Under the pieces are notes generated by a model. The model did not search any database, was not told where the DNA came from, and saw only the letters and a list, made by a program, of their open reading frames with translations. This document shows, one piece after another, positions 39,041 to 48,694 of a stretch of 64,000 nt of DNA (position 1 is its first letter; every line of letters begins with the position of its first letter). The stretch comes from a virus. Taxonomy: Duplodnaviria; Caudoviricetes. The stretch covers positions 8,917-72,916 of the IMG/VR virus record IMGVR_UViG_3300033067_000181; one strand, given 5' to 3'. The position numbers and the translations under genes were made by a program.

Positions 39041-39675
39041 AAGTCTGGGACAATTGGGGCTTCCTTCCACGAAGTTGGACTATTCATAATTTCTGCTCTG
39101 CAATTTAAGCAAACAGATCGGAGATTGACCCAATTATTATTTTTTAAGTTTCCGTCGATATGAAATACTGTAATTTGTTTTGATGGTAACTTAGATTTAA
39201 ACCCGCATTTTTCACAAGAATGTTTTTTCTTATACCCAGATAGAGCCCAGCCTGGTGTGTGCTTTACTGATTTTCCGAGACGTGTGCAGATATCGCATAG
39301 CTTTCGGTAGTATGTTGTTCCATTTTTAATGCAATTGATAGCAACTGGGCGCTCCTTGCATACAGGACAATCTGTCCTGATTGATTCCTTTTTAGAAACG
39401 CCGCTAGCACTGTTTGTACGGTTGTAATAAAGCGTATTGTTTTTTGCATCAACCTCTGTTAGAAATTTTTCTTCAGATTCTCTAAGGCTTTCAATGTCAC
39501 TAGCGAACGCAAGAATTTTTCGTGTAAAGTGCTCTGCCCCTAACTGATTAAAATCCTTTTTAAAATCAACCCCACTACCCCAATATATGTCTTTAGAGTC
39601 GCCAATGTGGCTACCGATATATTTTTTTCCGTTTAGATTGTTGGTTGTTTCGTACACAAAGCCTAGTTTAGACAT
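39037..39675 (-). CDS. GIY-YIG domain fused to Zn-ribbon/HNH-like domain
   Basis: FVYETTN..NGKKYIGSH...YWGSG...ESEE...YYN followed by CxxC x3 and FHIDGNLKNN..VNLRSVCLNC. Confidence 0.8.
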   Translation of the reverse strand: MSKLGFVYETTNNLNGKKYIGSHIGDSKDIYWGSGVDFKKDFNQLGAEHFTRKILAFASDIESLRESEEKFLTEVDAKNNTLYYNRTNSASGVSKKESIRTDCPVCKERPVAINCIKNGTTYYRKLCDICTRLGKSVKHTPGWALSGYKKKHSCEKCGFKSKLPSKQITVFHIDGNLKNNNWVNLRSVCLNCRAEIMNSPTSWKEAPIVPDF

Positions 39676-39782
39676 ATTAATCTCCTTTTGGTGCTAAGGT
39701 ATTTATTAAGGGCAGCATAACAGCCCGTTTTATCCAAAACCTGGTAAATATTGATATCGTGTAACATAAAGGAAAAAAGATT

Positions 39783-42700
39783 ATGGCACTAGTATCTCCA
39801 GGTTTACAGTTAAGTGTAACCGACGAAAGTCAATACGTACCAGGCGCAGTTGGTTCTGTACCATTGGTTGTATTGGCAACAGCTCAAGACAAAACAAATC
39901 CTGCAGGCGCAGTAGCCGCAGGTACTACAAAGGCAAATGCCGGTAAATTGCAAGCATATGCTAGCCAACGTGAGTTGGTAAGTGCTTTTGGTTATCCTGT
40001 ATTCCAACAAAGTAGTGCTGGTACAGCTCTACACGGAGACGAACGTAACGAATTTGGTTTAATGGCAGCTTACTCTGCTTTAGGCATTAGCAACCGCGTT
40101 TATGCTATCCGTGCTGATATTGACTTAGCACAACTAAATGCAACAGCTAACCGCCCAACTGGTATTGTTGCTGATGGTACATACTGGTTTGACTTACTAG
40201 ACACCAATTGGGGTCTAAACGAATGGGATGCTACAGCAAGTGCATTCGTTAAAAAGTCTCTATTAGTTATTACTGACTCTACAAACCTAACCAACGTTAG
40301 CGGAGTTAACTACCCAACATCTAGCGTAGGTGACATTGGTTCTTATGCAGCGGCCCTAAGTCCTGCAAACAGCGGCGCATACACTGGTCACGTTTGGAAC
40401 GTATTCAAGAAGTTGTCTGACAACTCTTGGGCCAAAGTTGGTGACCGCACATGGATGGTAGACCAACCGACTATTGTTGGCGCTAACGGTTCTGTAGCTA
40501 GCCCAGTTGAAATCCCAATGTCCACACCAGCCGCTGTATTGCGTATTAACGGTGTTGATGTTACTGTTGGTGCTACTGGTGTTGACAAGAGCTTAAGCGA
40601 CATTGTTAATGCTATTAACACAGCAGCAATCGCTGGTGTTACAGCCCGCGGAGTTAATGGCAAGTTGCAACTATTAGCAACTGACTTAGCACAAAGCGGC
40701 GGCCCATCTGCATCTGCAGACGGCAAGATTATCATTGCAAACACAACACAAACTCCGTTAAGCAACTTAGGTATTGCTGCTGGTACTTACTATCGTCCAA
40801 CAGTTAGCTACGGTTCTTATGTTGCAATTCCAGCATGGAGAAGTACCGACTCTGCACCACGTCCAACAGGTAGCGTATACTTGAAAACTAGTGCAATCGG
40901 CGGCGGCGCTGATGTTGTAATTAAGAAGTACAGTGCAGGTACAGACACATGGACTAGCCAAGCTGCTCCATTGTACAACACACCATCTGATGCTATCTAT
41001 GGAATGGATCCAAGTGCAGGCGGCTTTAACATTGGCGCAGGTACAGTGTTTGTGCGTTTCGACACAAGTGCAGACGGTACAGTAACATTTAAGCCATACG
41101 TTCGCCGTGTAGCTGGTGCAACTAAGATCGTTGCAGAAGTAACAGATACTGCAAACCCATTTACTTTAAACAATACATTTACTTTGTACACTACATCTAT
41201 TGGTGAGTCTACATACACAGCTTACAACATTCAATTGGGTGGTACAAGCCGTGCAGCGTTTGTTTCTGCTGTTTTGGCAGCAAACATTCCTGAAGTAACA
41301 GCAGCAGTTGAAACTACTGGCGCTATCAGCTTGACACACAAGTATGGTGGTGTTATCCGTTTAGTTAACACTGTTGGTACCCCAGTTACTGATGCAGGTT
41401 TCACATTAAGTGTAACAGGCGTACAAGGCAACGCAGCAGAAGAATTAGAGTTGAGCACCTGGGAGCCTCTAACATACACATTCAGCGTAGTTGAGCCAAC
41501 ACAAGATCCAGTCGATGGAACATTGTGGTACTATGGTTCTGCAACCGATGTTGACATTATGATCAACACCACCACAGGATGGAAAGGTTACCAGCAAGAA
41601 CTAAGTGATGCTCGTGGTTACGACTTGAGCGTAACAGACCCATTGGGCGTTATTGTTAGTGCAAGCAAGCCAACAACACAAACTGACAGTTCTGCTCTAG
41701 TAGCAGGTGACTTGTGGTTAGACACAAGCGACTTAGAAAACTGGCCAGCATTGAGCCGCTACACTGGCACAACTTGGGCAAAGATTGATAACACAGACCA
41801 AATTGGTCAAAACGGTATCGTATTTGCTGATGCACGTTGGGGCACAGACGGAAACGTTGACCCTATTAGCAACAGCATGCCATCTATTGTTGATTTGCTA
41901 ACAAGCGACAACTTAGATTTGGACGCACCAGATTATCGTTTATACCCACGTGGTACACTATTGTTTAACACACGCCGTAGCGGGTATAACGTTAAGCGTT
42001 TTGTTAATGAGTACTTCACTGAAGCTAACTTTGCAAATGGCCCATTGCCAACTGTTGCAAGTGCTTGGGTAAGTGCAAGTGGCTTAAAGGATGATGGTAG
42101 CATGTACGCAGGCCGCCAAGCACAACGCCATATGGTTGTTAGTGCATTGAAGGCAGCTATTGACGGAAACTCAGCAGTACGTGAAGACCAATATGGCTTT
42201 AACTTAATTGCAACCCCTGGTTATCCAGAATTGATCAGCAACATGGTTGCATTGAACAATGACCGTGCTAACACAGCATTCATTATCGGTGACACACCAT
42301 TCCGTTTAGCACCAAACACTATTGACTTAGTGAACTGGAGCAACAACACTGACAATGCAACTGGCTTGTCTACAAATGACCCATACTTGGGCGTTTACTA
42401 TCCAGGTGCTGCACAAACTAACGATGTACAAGGTAACACTATTGTAGTTCCACCAAGCCACATTGCATTGCGTACATTCCTACACAGTGACAATTTAAGC
42501 TATCCATGGTTTGCCCCAGCAGGTACACGCCGTGGTATGGTAGACAATGCAACTAGCGTCGGATACATTGATTCTACAACTGGTGAGTACAACCCAATTG
42601 GTGTTAACCAAGGTCTACGTGACAGCTTGTATGAAAACAAGATCAACCCAATCACTAACTTGCCAGGCGTAGGTTTAGTTGTATGGGGTCAGAAGACTCG

Positions 42701-43046
42701 TAACCCATTTGCAAGTGCAATGGATCGTGTAAACGTAGCTCGTTTAGTGAACTACATTCGTACAATCCTTGCTAGCGTTGGTAACGGCTTCTTGTTTGAA
42801 CCAAACGACAAGATCACTCGTGATCAATTGAAGACTATCATTAGCGGTGCTGTTAACGACTTAGTAAGCAAGCGTGGCGTGTACGATTACTTGGTAGTTT
42901 GCGACGAAAGCAACAACACACCAGAGCGTATCGCTCGCAATGAGTTGTATGTGGATATTGCTATCGAGCCAATGAAGGATGTTGAGTTTATCTACATTCC
43001 AATTCGCTTGTACAACCCAGGTGAAGTCGCTAAATTAGGCGCATAA
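39783..43046 (+). CDS. gp18: Tail sheath protein (gp18-like), enlarged
   Basis: MALVSPG N-terminus; PWFAPAG.RRG, LYENKINPI, WGQKT, DRVNVARL and VCDESNNTP. Confidence 0.95.
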   Translation: MALVSPGLQLSVTDESQYVPGAVGSVPLVVLATAQDKTNPAGAVAAGTTKANAGKLQAYASQRELVSAFGYPVFQQSSAGTALHGDERNEFGLMAAYSALGISNRVYAIRADIDLAQLNATANRPTGIVADGTYWFDLLDTNWGLNEWDATASAFVKKSLLVITDSTNLTNVSGVNYPTSSVGDIGSYAAALSPANSGAYTGHVWNVFKKLSDNSWAKVGDRTWMVDQPTIVGANGSVASPVEIPMSTPAAVLRINGVDVTVGATGVDKSLSDIVNAINTAAIAGVTARGVNGKLQLLATDLAQSGGPSASADGKIIIANTTQTPLSNLGIAAGTYYRPTVSYGSYVAIPAWRSTDSAPRPTGSVYLKTSAIGGGADVVIKKYSAGTDTWTSQAAPLYNTPSDAIYGMDPSAGGFNIGAGTVFVRFDTSADGTVTFKPYVRRVAGATKIVAEVTDTANPFTLNNTFTLYTTSIGESTYTAYNIQLGGTSRAAFVSAVLAANIPEVTAAVETTGAISLTHKYGGVIRLVNTVGTPVTDAGFTLSVTGVQGNAAEELELSTWEPLTYTFSVVEPTQDPVDGTLWYYGSATDVDIMINTTTGWKGYQQELSDARGYDLSVTDPLGVIVSASKPTTQTDSSALVAGDLWLDTSDLENWPALSRYTGTTWAKIDNTDQIGQNGIVFADARWGTDGNVDPISNSMPSIVDLLTSDNLDLDAPDYRLYPRGTLLFNTRRSGYNVKRFVNEYFTEANFANGPLPTVASAWVSASGLKDDGSMYAGRQAQRHMVVSALKAAIDGNSAVREDQYGFNLIATPGYPELISNMVALNNDRANTAFIIGDTPFRLAPNTIDLVNWSNNTDNATGLSTNDPYLGVYYPGAAQTNDVQGNTIVVPPSHIALRTFLHSDNLSYPWFAPAGTRRGMVDNATSVGYIDSTTGEYNPIGVNQGLRDSLYENKINPITNLPGVGLVVWGQKTRNPFASAMDRVNVARLVNYIRTILASVGNGFLFEPNDKITRDQLKTIISGAVNDLVSKRGVYDYLVVCDESNNTPERIARNELYVDIAIEPMKDVEFIYIPIRLYNPGEVAKLGA

Positions 43047-43122
43047 AGTAGGTATATAACGGGGCTGTAATGGTCCCGTTAACTTACCCAAAATTAGGTA
43101 AATACCTTAACAGGAGAATAAG

Positions 43123-43743
43123 ATGGCAGTATCGTCACTAACAAGATTAACAGTACCATTAGCAACTAACCAAAGTGCATCAGCACAAGGTTTGCTAATG
43201 CCAAAACTAAAATATCGCTTCCGTGCGACATTCGAAGGTTTTGGTGTAAGTGCTGACAAACGAGTAGAATTAACAAAACAAGTCGTGGATATTAAGCGTC
43301 CAAGCGTAAACTTTAACCCAATCACATTGGATGTTTATAACAGTAAAGTTTATTTGCAAGGCAAGCCTGAATGGCAAGAAACTACAGTCAACTTACGTGA
43401 CGATGCTGCTGGCAACGTTAGCCGTATGGTTGGTGAACAGATTCAAAAGCAATTCGACTTTGCGGAACAAAGTTCAGCAGCTTCTGGTATCGACTATAAG
43501 TTCTTGTTACGTTATGAAGTATTAGACGGCGGCAACGGCGCAAATGAACCTAACGTATTAGAAACATGGGAATTGTATGGTTGCATGATTAGTCAAGTTG
43601 ACTACGGCGACATGGCATACAGTTCTAATGACCCTGTGCAAATTGCACTAACATTGCGTTTCGACAATGCAGTACAAACTCCGACAGGTGCTGGTGTTGG
43701 TACACTAGTTGGACGTACATTAGGTACAATGGTAACTGGTTAA
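43123..43743 (+). CDS. gp19: Tail tube protein (gp19-like)
   Basis: Follows sheath; GKPEWQETTV.LRD, ETWELYGC..S.VDYGD and LTLRFDNA. Confidence 0.85.
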   Translation: MAVSSLTRLTVPLATNQSASAQGLLMPKLKYRFRATFEGFGVSADKRVELTKQVVDIKRPSVNFNPITLDVYNSKVYLQGKPEWQETTVNLRDDAAGNVSRMVGEQIQKQFDFAEQSSAASGIDYKFLLRYEVLDGGNGANEPNVLETWELYGCMISQVDYGDMAYSSNDPVQIALTLRFDNAVQTPTGAGVGTLVGRTLGTMVTG

Positions 43744-43761
43744 TCCCAGATGACAAAACTC

Positions 43762-43787
43762 AAGCCCGGTTTCGACCGGGCTTTTTT
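43762..43787 (+). terminator. Rho-independent terminator
   Basis: aagcccggt-ttcg-accgggctt-tttt. Confidence 0.9.
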
Positions 43788-43815
43788 GTGGCTAAATAGT
43801 TTATAAGAGGATACT

Positions 43816-45465
43816 ATGAGCATTAATCAGTTTTTACAACAAGTTGGAAAAGGCGACCAAATTAAGGATTTCCAACATGCTAGTAAGTTGTTTGTTGGAG
43901 ACAACTTCAAGCTGGCTCCTCGTCAAGGATTTTTGTATCATGTGTTCTTTGATTTAGCACCTGAGTTTTCGGCTAAGTTTGGTCGCAATCAACAAGTAGA
44001 AGCAGGCATGCTAGTAAAGATGATAGACTTACCGAAGTTTACAATCGATGCCAAGACACTAAACAGCTACAACAAACCAAACATTGTACAGACTAAAATC
44101 AAGTACGATCCAATCAACATTCAATTCCACGACGATCATGCAGACGTTGTGCGTGGATTGTGGTTCCAGTACTTTAGTCACTTCTACCGTGATACAGACT
44201 TAGGTTATCAAGGCCCGGATGGTGTTATTAATCCTGGCTACAGACAAAACACAAAGTATTCTCCTAGAGAGAATAACAATTGGGGTTACTCACCAAAGAC
44301 GCCAAACACGCATCCAATTAATGCTGTTCGGATATACAGCATGAGTCAGAAACGCTTTGCTGAATACACACTAATTAACCCGATCATTACAAGTTTTAAA
44401 CACGGTCAACATACAGCAGCATCTAGCGATCCTTTGCAGCACGAAATGACACTGTCCTTTGAAACCGTGCTTTACGGTGCAGGATGGGTAAGCAAGAATA
44501 CAGTGCAAGGCTTTGCTGATATCCACTACGATAACAGTCCAAGTCCATTAACGCCTGCAGGTGGCGGAACAAAGAGTATTATTGGCCCAGGTGGCTTACT
44601 TGATACAGCTAGCGATGTTGTTAGCGATCTTGGTAAAGAAGGTGGCAGTGCAAGTGCATTCTTTAAAGCATTCCGTGGATACCAAAACCTTAAGAATACA
44701 AACTTAGCGGCTGTTGCTAAAGCAGAGCTAACACAAATGGGCACAGACATGCTACGTGGTAACAACCCGTTGAACAGATTGTTTGTGCCAAACGGTGGCA
44801 ACTTAGCAGACGGTAGCCCAATTTATCAGTACAACAAAAGTAGTGGTAAAGGAAATGGGTCCGCAGGCAATGGCGCAGGCGGCGCAACCAGCAACGGAGA
44901 GAAAGTTGGATCCACATTTAACATGGGCGTTGCAGGAACAGTACTTGGCGGATTAGGAGCAAGCGTACTACTTGGTAAAGGTGGTGGCTTAGGCAGCATT
45001 GCAGCAGTCGGGGGTCTTGTTGCTGGTGCTGGCGCTCTTAACAAGCTATTAAAAGTTAATCCAACAACTGGCGCAGTTGAATCAGTATCAACATTGCCAA
45101 GCAAAACAGCAGCAGAAACACAATTGGGCAACATGCCTAACAGTGCAGCCAACACATACATGGACAGCTATTTAGATAGCCCAGATGCAGTAGCAGGAGC
45201 GTCTAACGTTGCACTAAACGACGAACAAGCTCAGTATGATTATGCAGATGCAGACATGCCAACTAACCCGGCACTTGAACCTGAACTTTTATCAGATGAA
45301 GGAAATCCAATTGACGAAACTCAATTATATCCGTCGCCAGAAAGTGAAGCAGAACAATTAATGGCTGATGCTGAATCTAGAGCACAAGAGGATAATCTAA
45401 CAATGGGCGAGGACAATAGTGACAGCGCCACAAATCAAAATGACTTAGACGGTTGGGACTTTTAA
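43816..45465 (+). CDS. Tube-fold baseplate protein (gp54/gp48-like) with acidic C-tail
   Basis: LVKMIDLPKF...QTKIKYDPINIQFHDD tube-like motif. Confidence 0.6.
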   Translation: MSINQFLQQVGKGDQIKDFQHASKLFVGDNFKLAPRQGFLYHVFFDLAPEFSAKFGRNQQVEAGMLVKMIDLPKFTIDAKTLNSYNKPNIVQTKIKYDPINIQFHDDHADVVRGLWFQYFSHFYRDTDLGYQGPDGVINPGYRQNTKYSPRENNNWGYSPKTPNTHPINAVRIYSMSQKRFAEYTLINPIITSFKHGQHTAASSDPLQHEMTLSFETVLYGAGWVSKNTVQGFADIHYDNSPSPLTPAGGGTKSIIGPGGLLDTASDVVSDLGKEGGSASAFFKAFRGYQNLKNTNLAAVAKAELTQMGTDMLRGNNPLNRLFVPNGGNLADGSPIYQYNKSSGKGNGSAGNGAGGATSNGEKVGSTFNMGVAGTVLGGLGASVLLGKGGGLGSIAAVGGLVAGAGALNKLLKVNPTTGAVESVSTLPSKTAAETQLGNMPNSAANTYMDSYLDSPDAVAGASNVALNDEQAQYDYADADMPTNPALEPELLSDEGNPIDETQLYPSPESEAEQLMADAESRAQEDNLTMGEDNSDSATNQNDLDGWDF

Positions 45466-45848
45466 TGACAACAGGAACAGCAACTAACTTAGGGGCAGTA
45501 GATCAATCAGTAAATGACAATACTGACCCTAATAGATATTTTAACAACTACTTTGAACCTACATTTACTGTAAGTCCAAACGTAGATGCAGCTATACTAT
45601 CTTACTTTGAAGAAGTATCTTACAACACAGAAGCGGCTAAAGCGTTGGCAAGTGCAGTTATCTACACAAGCAAAAGCCAAGGGGTTAACCCAATGCAAAC
45701 TCTGCAAGAGTTTACTAAGCTACCAAAGGGCGAGCTAAACTCATACTTGGTTATGTTCTTAAATATGCAACGTAAAGGTACTAGTTACTTAGGTATTACT
45801 AATCAACCTATTACAAACAAGTACGTTAACCGTGCAATTCTACCATGA
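45465..45848 (+). CDS. Hypothetical protein (start reassigned to MTTG)
   Basis: TAATG coupling. Confidence 0.65.
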   Translation: MTTGTATNLGAVDQSVNDNTDPNRYFNNYFEPTFTVSPNVDAAILSYFEEVSYNTEAAKALASAVIYTSKSQGVNPMQTLQEFTKLPKGELNSYLVMFLNMQRKGTSYLGITNQPITNKYVNRAILP

Positions 45849-46276
45849 GTAAGTACGCAAATGGCAAGTTCCAAATGAAGAACCCAGAGAAGTATGTGGG
45901 GAACAAAACACCCACATACCGTTCTGGGTGGGAATTTGTATTCATGCAGTTTTGTGATAACAATCCTGCAATTCTTCAATGGGCAAGCGAAGCAATACAC
46001 ATTAACTATCGTAACCCACTAACAAATAAAAATACAATCTACGTGCCGGACTTTCTAATTATCTATACTGATAAGACTGGGCAAAAGCATGCAGAAGTAA
46101 TTGAAGTAAAGCCCACTAAAGAAACAACCCTTGAAGCAGCAGGTCGTAGCACAAAAGCTCAAGCGGCAGCAATTGTTAATATGGCTAAATGGGAAGCAGC
46201 CAGAGCATGGTGTAAGAATCAGGGCCTTGCTTTTAGAGTCGTTACAGAAAACGAAATATTCCATCAAGGAAAATAA
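45845..46276 (+). CDS. gp4: Head completion nuclease (T4 gp4-like, TnsA-type)
   Basis: KYVG...YRSGWE..FM.FCD, WASE, YVPDF, IEVKP and N.AKWEAA. Confidence 0.88.
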   Translation: MSKYANGKFQMKNPEKYVGNKTPTYRSGWEFVFMQFCDNNPAILQWASEAIHINYRNPLTNKNTIYVPDFLIIYTDKTGQKHAEVIEVKPTKETTLEAAGRSTKAQAAAIVNMAKWEAARAWCKNQGLAFRVVTENEIFHQGK

Positions 46277-46339
46277 AACAGTAAATACTTTACTGTGCGC
46301 CGCAGTGGCGCTATCTCTGCTGCACTCCCCTACTAATAA

Positions 46340-47581
46340 ATGATAAAAATTGATTATACAACTCTAGCTAAAAATCCAACGCTTGGTTATTACGAAATTG
46401 GTAACAAAGTGTATTGGGATAAAGCAAGTGCCCTAATGGAAGGGACTAAGCAAGGACTTCAGCACGATGATATCCACTGGAATTTCAATGATGCTGAATT
46501 TGGAAATTTCAATTGGGAAGAAGAGCCACCGGGAGATATTAGGGATTACTACAATGCCCGAGCTCGGGAAATTCGTGAAAAGTACGATTACCTGATTTTA
46601 AACTGTAGTGGTGGCGCAGACTCAACAACAATGCTTTATGCCTTTATAAATCAAGGACTACATGTTGACGAAGTATTTGTTCGACATGCAACATCGGGCA
46701 CCAACAACTATGGAGCGTCTGACCTAAATTTTAGTGCTAGCAATGAATTTAGTGAATTTGAGTTTGCAGCCTTGCCTTTGCTAAAGTGGCTCAAAAATGC
46801 TAGCCCGAACACAAAGATAACAGTACACGATTTCAGTGCAGATATTATTAACGATGACCTAACGTGGGACGAGAATTTTATTCATTGGTGCGGCGACTAT
46901 GTTACTCCTGGGTGCGTAGTAAGGTACACTCATGCAAGTCAGAAAGAAAGTTTAGATCTATTTGACAAAGGCAAAAAAATTGGTATTATATTTGGCATTG
47001 ATAAGCCCAGAGTGTTTATTGATGAAGAAAACAAATTCCAGCTAATGTTTGTTGACCGTGCAACACATTCAGCGACACCAGCAGCAGTACAAAACGGATA
47101 CAATAATACAGAAGTGGAATTGTTTTATTGGCACCCAAATGCCATGCAACTGTTGGCCAAGCAGTGCCATTTAATTAAGCGTTGGCTAGAGTACCCACAG
47201 AACAACCGTTTCCGTTATATGTTTAACCGATTCTGGTTAAGACGAACTAGTAACAGAACAGCGTATGAATCGTTGATTAAAGGGATTATCTACCCTGACT
47301 ATGATTTATCAACGTTTCAGTGCGATAAACCTATTAGATCAGTATTTCAAGAATGGGATTACTGGATTAACAACTTTAAAGACAGTGCAGGCTACAAGAC
47401 CTTTATGCGAGGAATGATGCACTTGTACAAGAACATTGACCATCAGTTTCTAGCCATAAATGCAACTGGGCTGTCTGGTATGCAAAGCAATATATCCGGG
47501 ACTTCATGGGAATATAAAATCTGCACCAGTAATTTTTATTGCTTGGGCAGCATGAAGGAAGAAATTGTATTAGCGGTGTAA
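46340..47581 (+). CDS. PP-loop (adenine nucleotide alpha-hydrolase / Asn-synthase-like) protein
   Basis: LNCSGGADS PP-loop; IIFGIDKP. Confidence 0.6.
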   Translation: MIKIDYTTLAKNPTLGYYEIGNKVYWDKASALMEGTKQGLQHDDIHWNFNDAEFGNFNWEEEPPGDIRDYYNARAREIREKYDYLILNCSGGADSTTMLYAFINQGLHVDEVFVRHATSGTNNYGASDLNFSASNEFSEFEFAALPLLKWLKNASPNTKITVHDFSADIINDDLTWDENFIHWCGDYVTPGCVVRYTHASQKESLDLFDKGKKIGIIFGIDKPRVFIDEENKFQLMFVDRATHSATPAAVQNGYNNTEVELFYWHPNAMQLLAKQCHLIKRWLEYPQNNRFRYMFNRFWLRRTSNRTAYESLIKGIIYPDYDLSTFQCDKPIRSVFQEWDYWINNFKDSAGYKTFMRGMMHLYKNIDHQFLAINATGLSGMQSNISGTSWEYKICTSNFYCLGSMKEEIVLAV

Positions 47582-47695
47582 TGTATAAAGAAATTGATAA
47601 ATAAATTAGCAATGTTAGCATGGCTAACAACCACATTCAACCGCCTTCTGTAACGGGCACCCCCTGCTAGCAACAACTTTCTAAAGGAAAAATAA

Positions 47696-48643
47696 ATGAC
47701 ACAAGCAATTAAAGTACGTTGGGTATTAGCACACGAACCTATCGAGTTGTTCATTCGTGCAGCAAAAGTATTCGCAGCCGAAGTAGAAGCAAAAGCACCC
47801 GGCAAATTAGATATCGAAGTTATGACAATGAGTGAATACTCTACCAAATATAACGACGGTGTATTAGTCACTAAGCATGAGCTAGTAGACTTACTAGACA
47901 GTGGCAAAATTGAAATGAGCCAAACTTACACAATCACATTGGGTAAAGTTAACAAGGACTTTTTCGCACTAGACTTGCCATTCTTGTTTAAAGATCACGA
48001 CCATGCAGGCCGTGTTTTTGAAGGCGCAGTTGGTAAGCAATTACTAGACAGCTTACAAGAAAGTAAGAAGATCAAAGGTCTAGCTTTCACATACAGCGGC
48101 GGCTTCCGTATTATTCCTGGTAACGAGCCAGTGAGCAAGATCGAAGACTTACGTGGTATGAAAGTACGTACCAGCTTTAGCCCTGTTGCTATTGACACAT
48201 TCAAAGCAGTTGGTGCAGATGTAGTCCCAATGGAACTTGAAGAACTAACTACCGGGCTAGAACAAGCCGATGTCGCAATCGGTGAAAGCACTTACCCACG
48301 TGTATATGCACTAGGTCAAGACAAGGTATCCAAAGTTATTAACCACACTGAACACAGCTTGTTCTTGACAAGCATTTTAGTTGGCAGCGACTTCTGGTCT
48401 ACACTAGATGCAGACTTGCAACAAGTAGTAGCAGATGCAGCTCTAGTAGCAGCACGTCACGAACGTGAGTTGAGCATTGCTGACATTGCATTGGTTCAAG
48501 ACCGTGCAACAGCAGACGGCATTGAAGTTGTTAAAATGGATGCAATTGAACAAGCTCGTTTTGCAGAAGCAACACAAGGTGTTTATGCCAAGTACCAAGA
48601 CTACTTTACCGCTGGTCTAGTAGACAGCATCAAAAAGCAGTAA
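47696..48643 (+). CDS. dctP: TRAP transporter solute-binding protein (DctP family), no signal peptide
   Basis: LDLPFLFKD.DHA, GFRII, V..IEDLRGMKVRT and VPM..EEL..GL motifs. Confidence 0.85.
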   Translation: MTQAIKVRWVLAHEPIELFIRAAKVFAAEVEAKAPGKLDIEVMTMSEYSTKYNDGVLVTKHELVDLLDSGKIEMSQTYTITLGKVNKDFFALDLPFLFKDHDHAGRVFEGAVGKQLLDSLQESKKIKGLAFTYSGGFRIIPGNEPVSKIEDLRGMKVRTSFSPVAIDTFKAVGADVVPMELEELTTGLEQADVAIGESTYPRVYALGQDKVSKVINHTEHSLFLTSILVGSDFWSTLDADLQQVVADAALVAARHERELSIADIALVQDRATADGIEVVKMDAIEQARFAEATQGVYAKYQDYFTAGLVDSIKKQ

Positions 48644-48658
48644 TATACCCTGCTCAAT

Positions 48659-48680
48659 AAAAGGACCTTCGGGTCCTTTT
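48659..48680 (+). terminator. Rho-independent terminator
   Basis: aaaaggacc-ttcg-ggtcctttt. Confidence 0.85.
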
Positions 48681-48694
48681 CTTTTAAATACACT

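Noticed and set aside
43057-43081. Hairpin between sheath and tube as a terminator
   Set aside because: The stem is present (TAACGGG/CCCGTTA) but has no U-tract; at most a stabilising or processing hairpin
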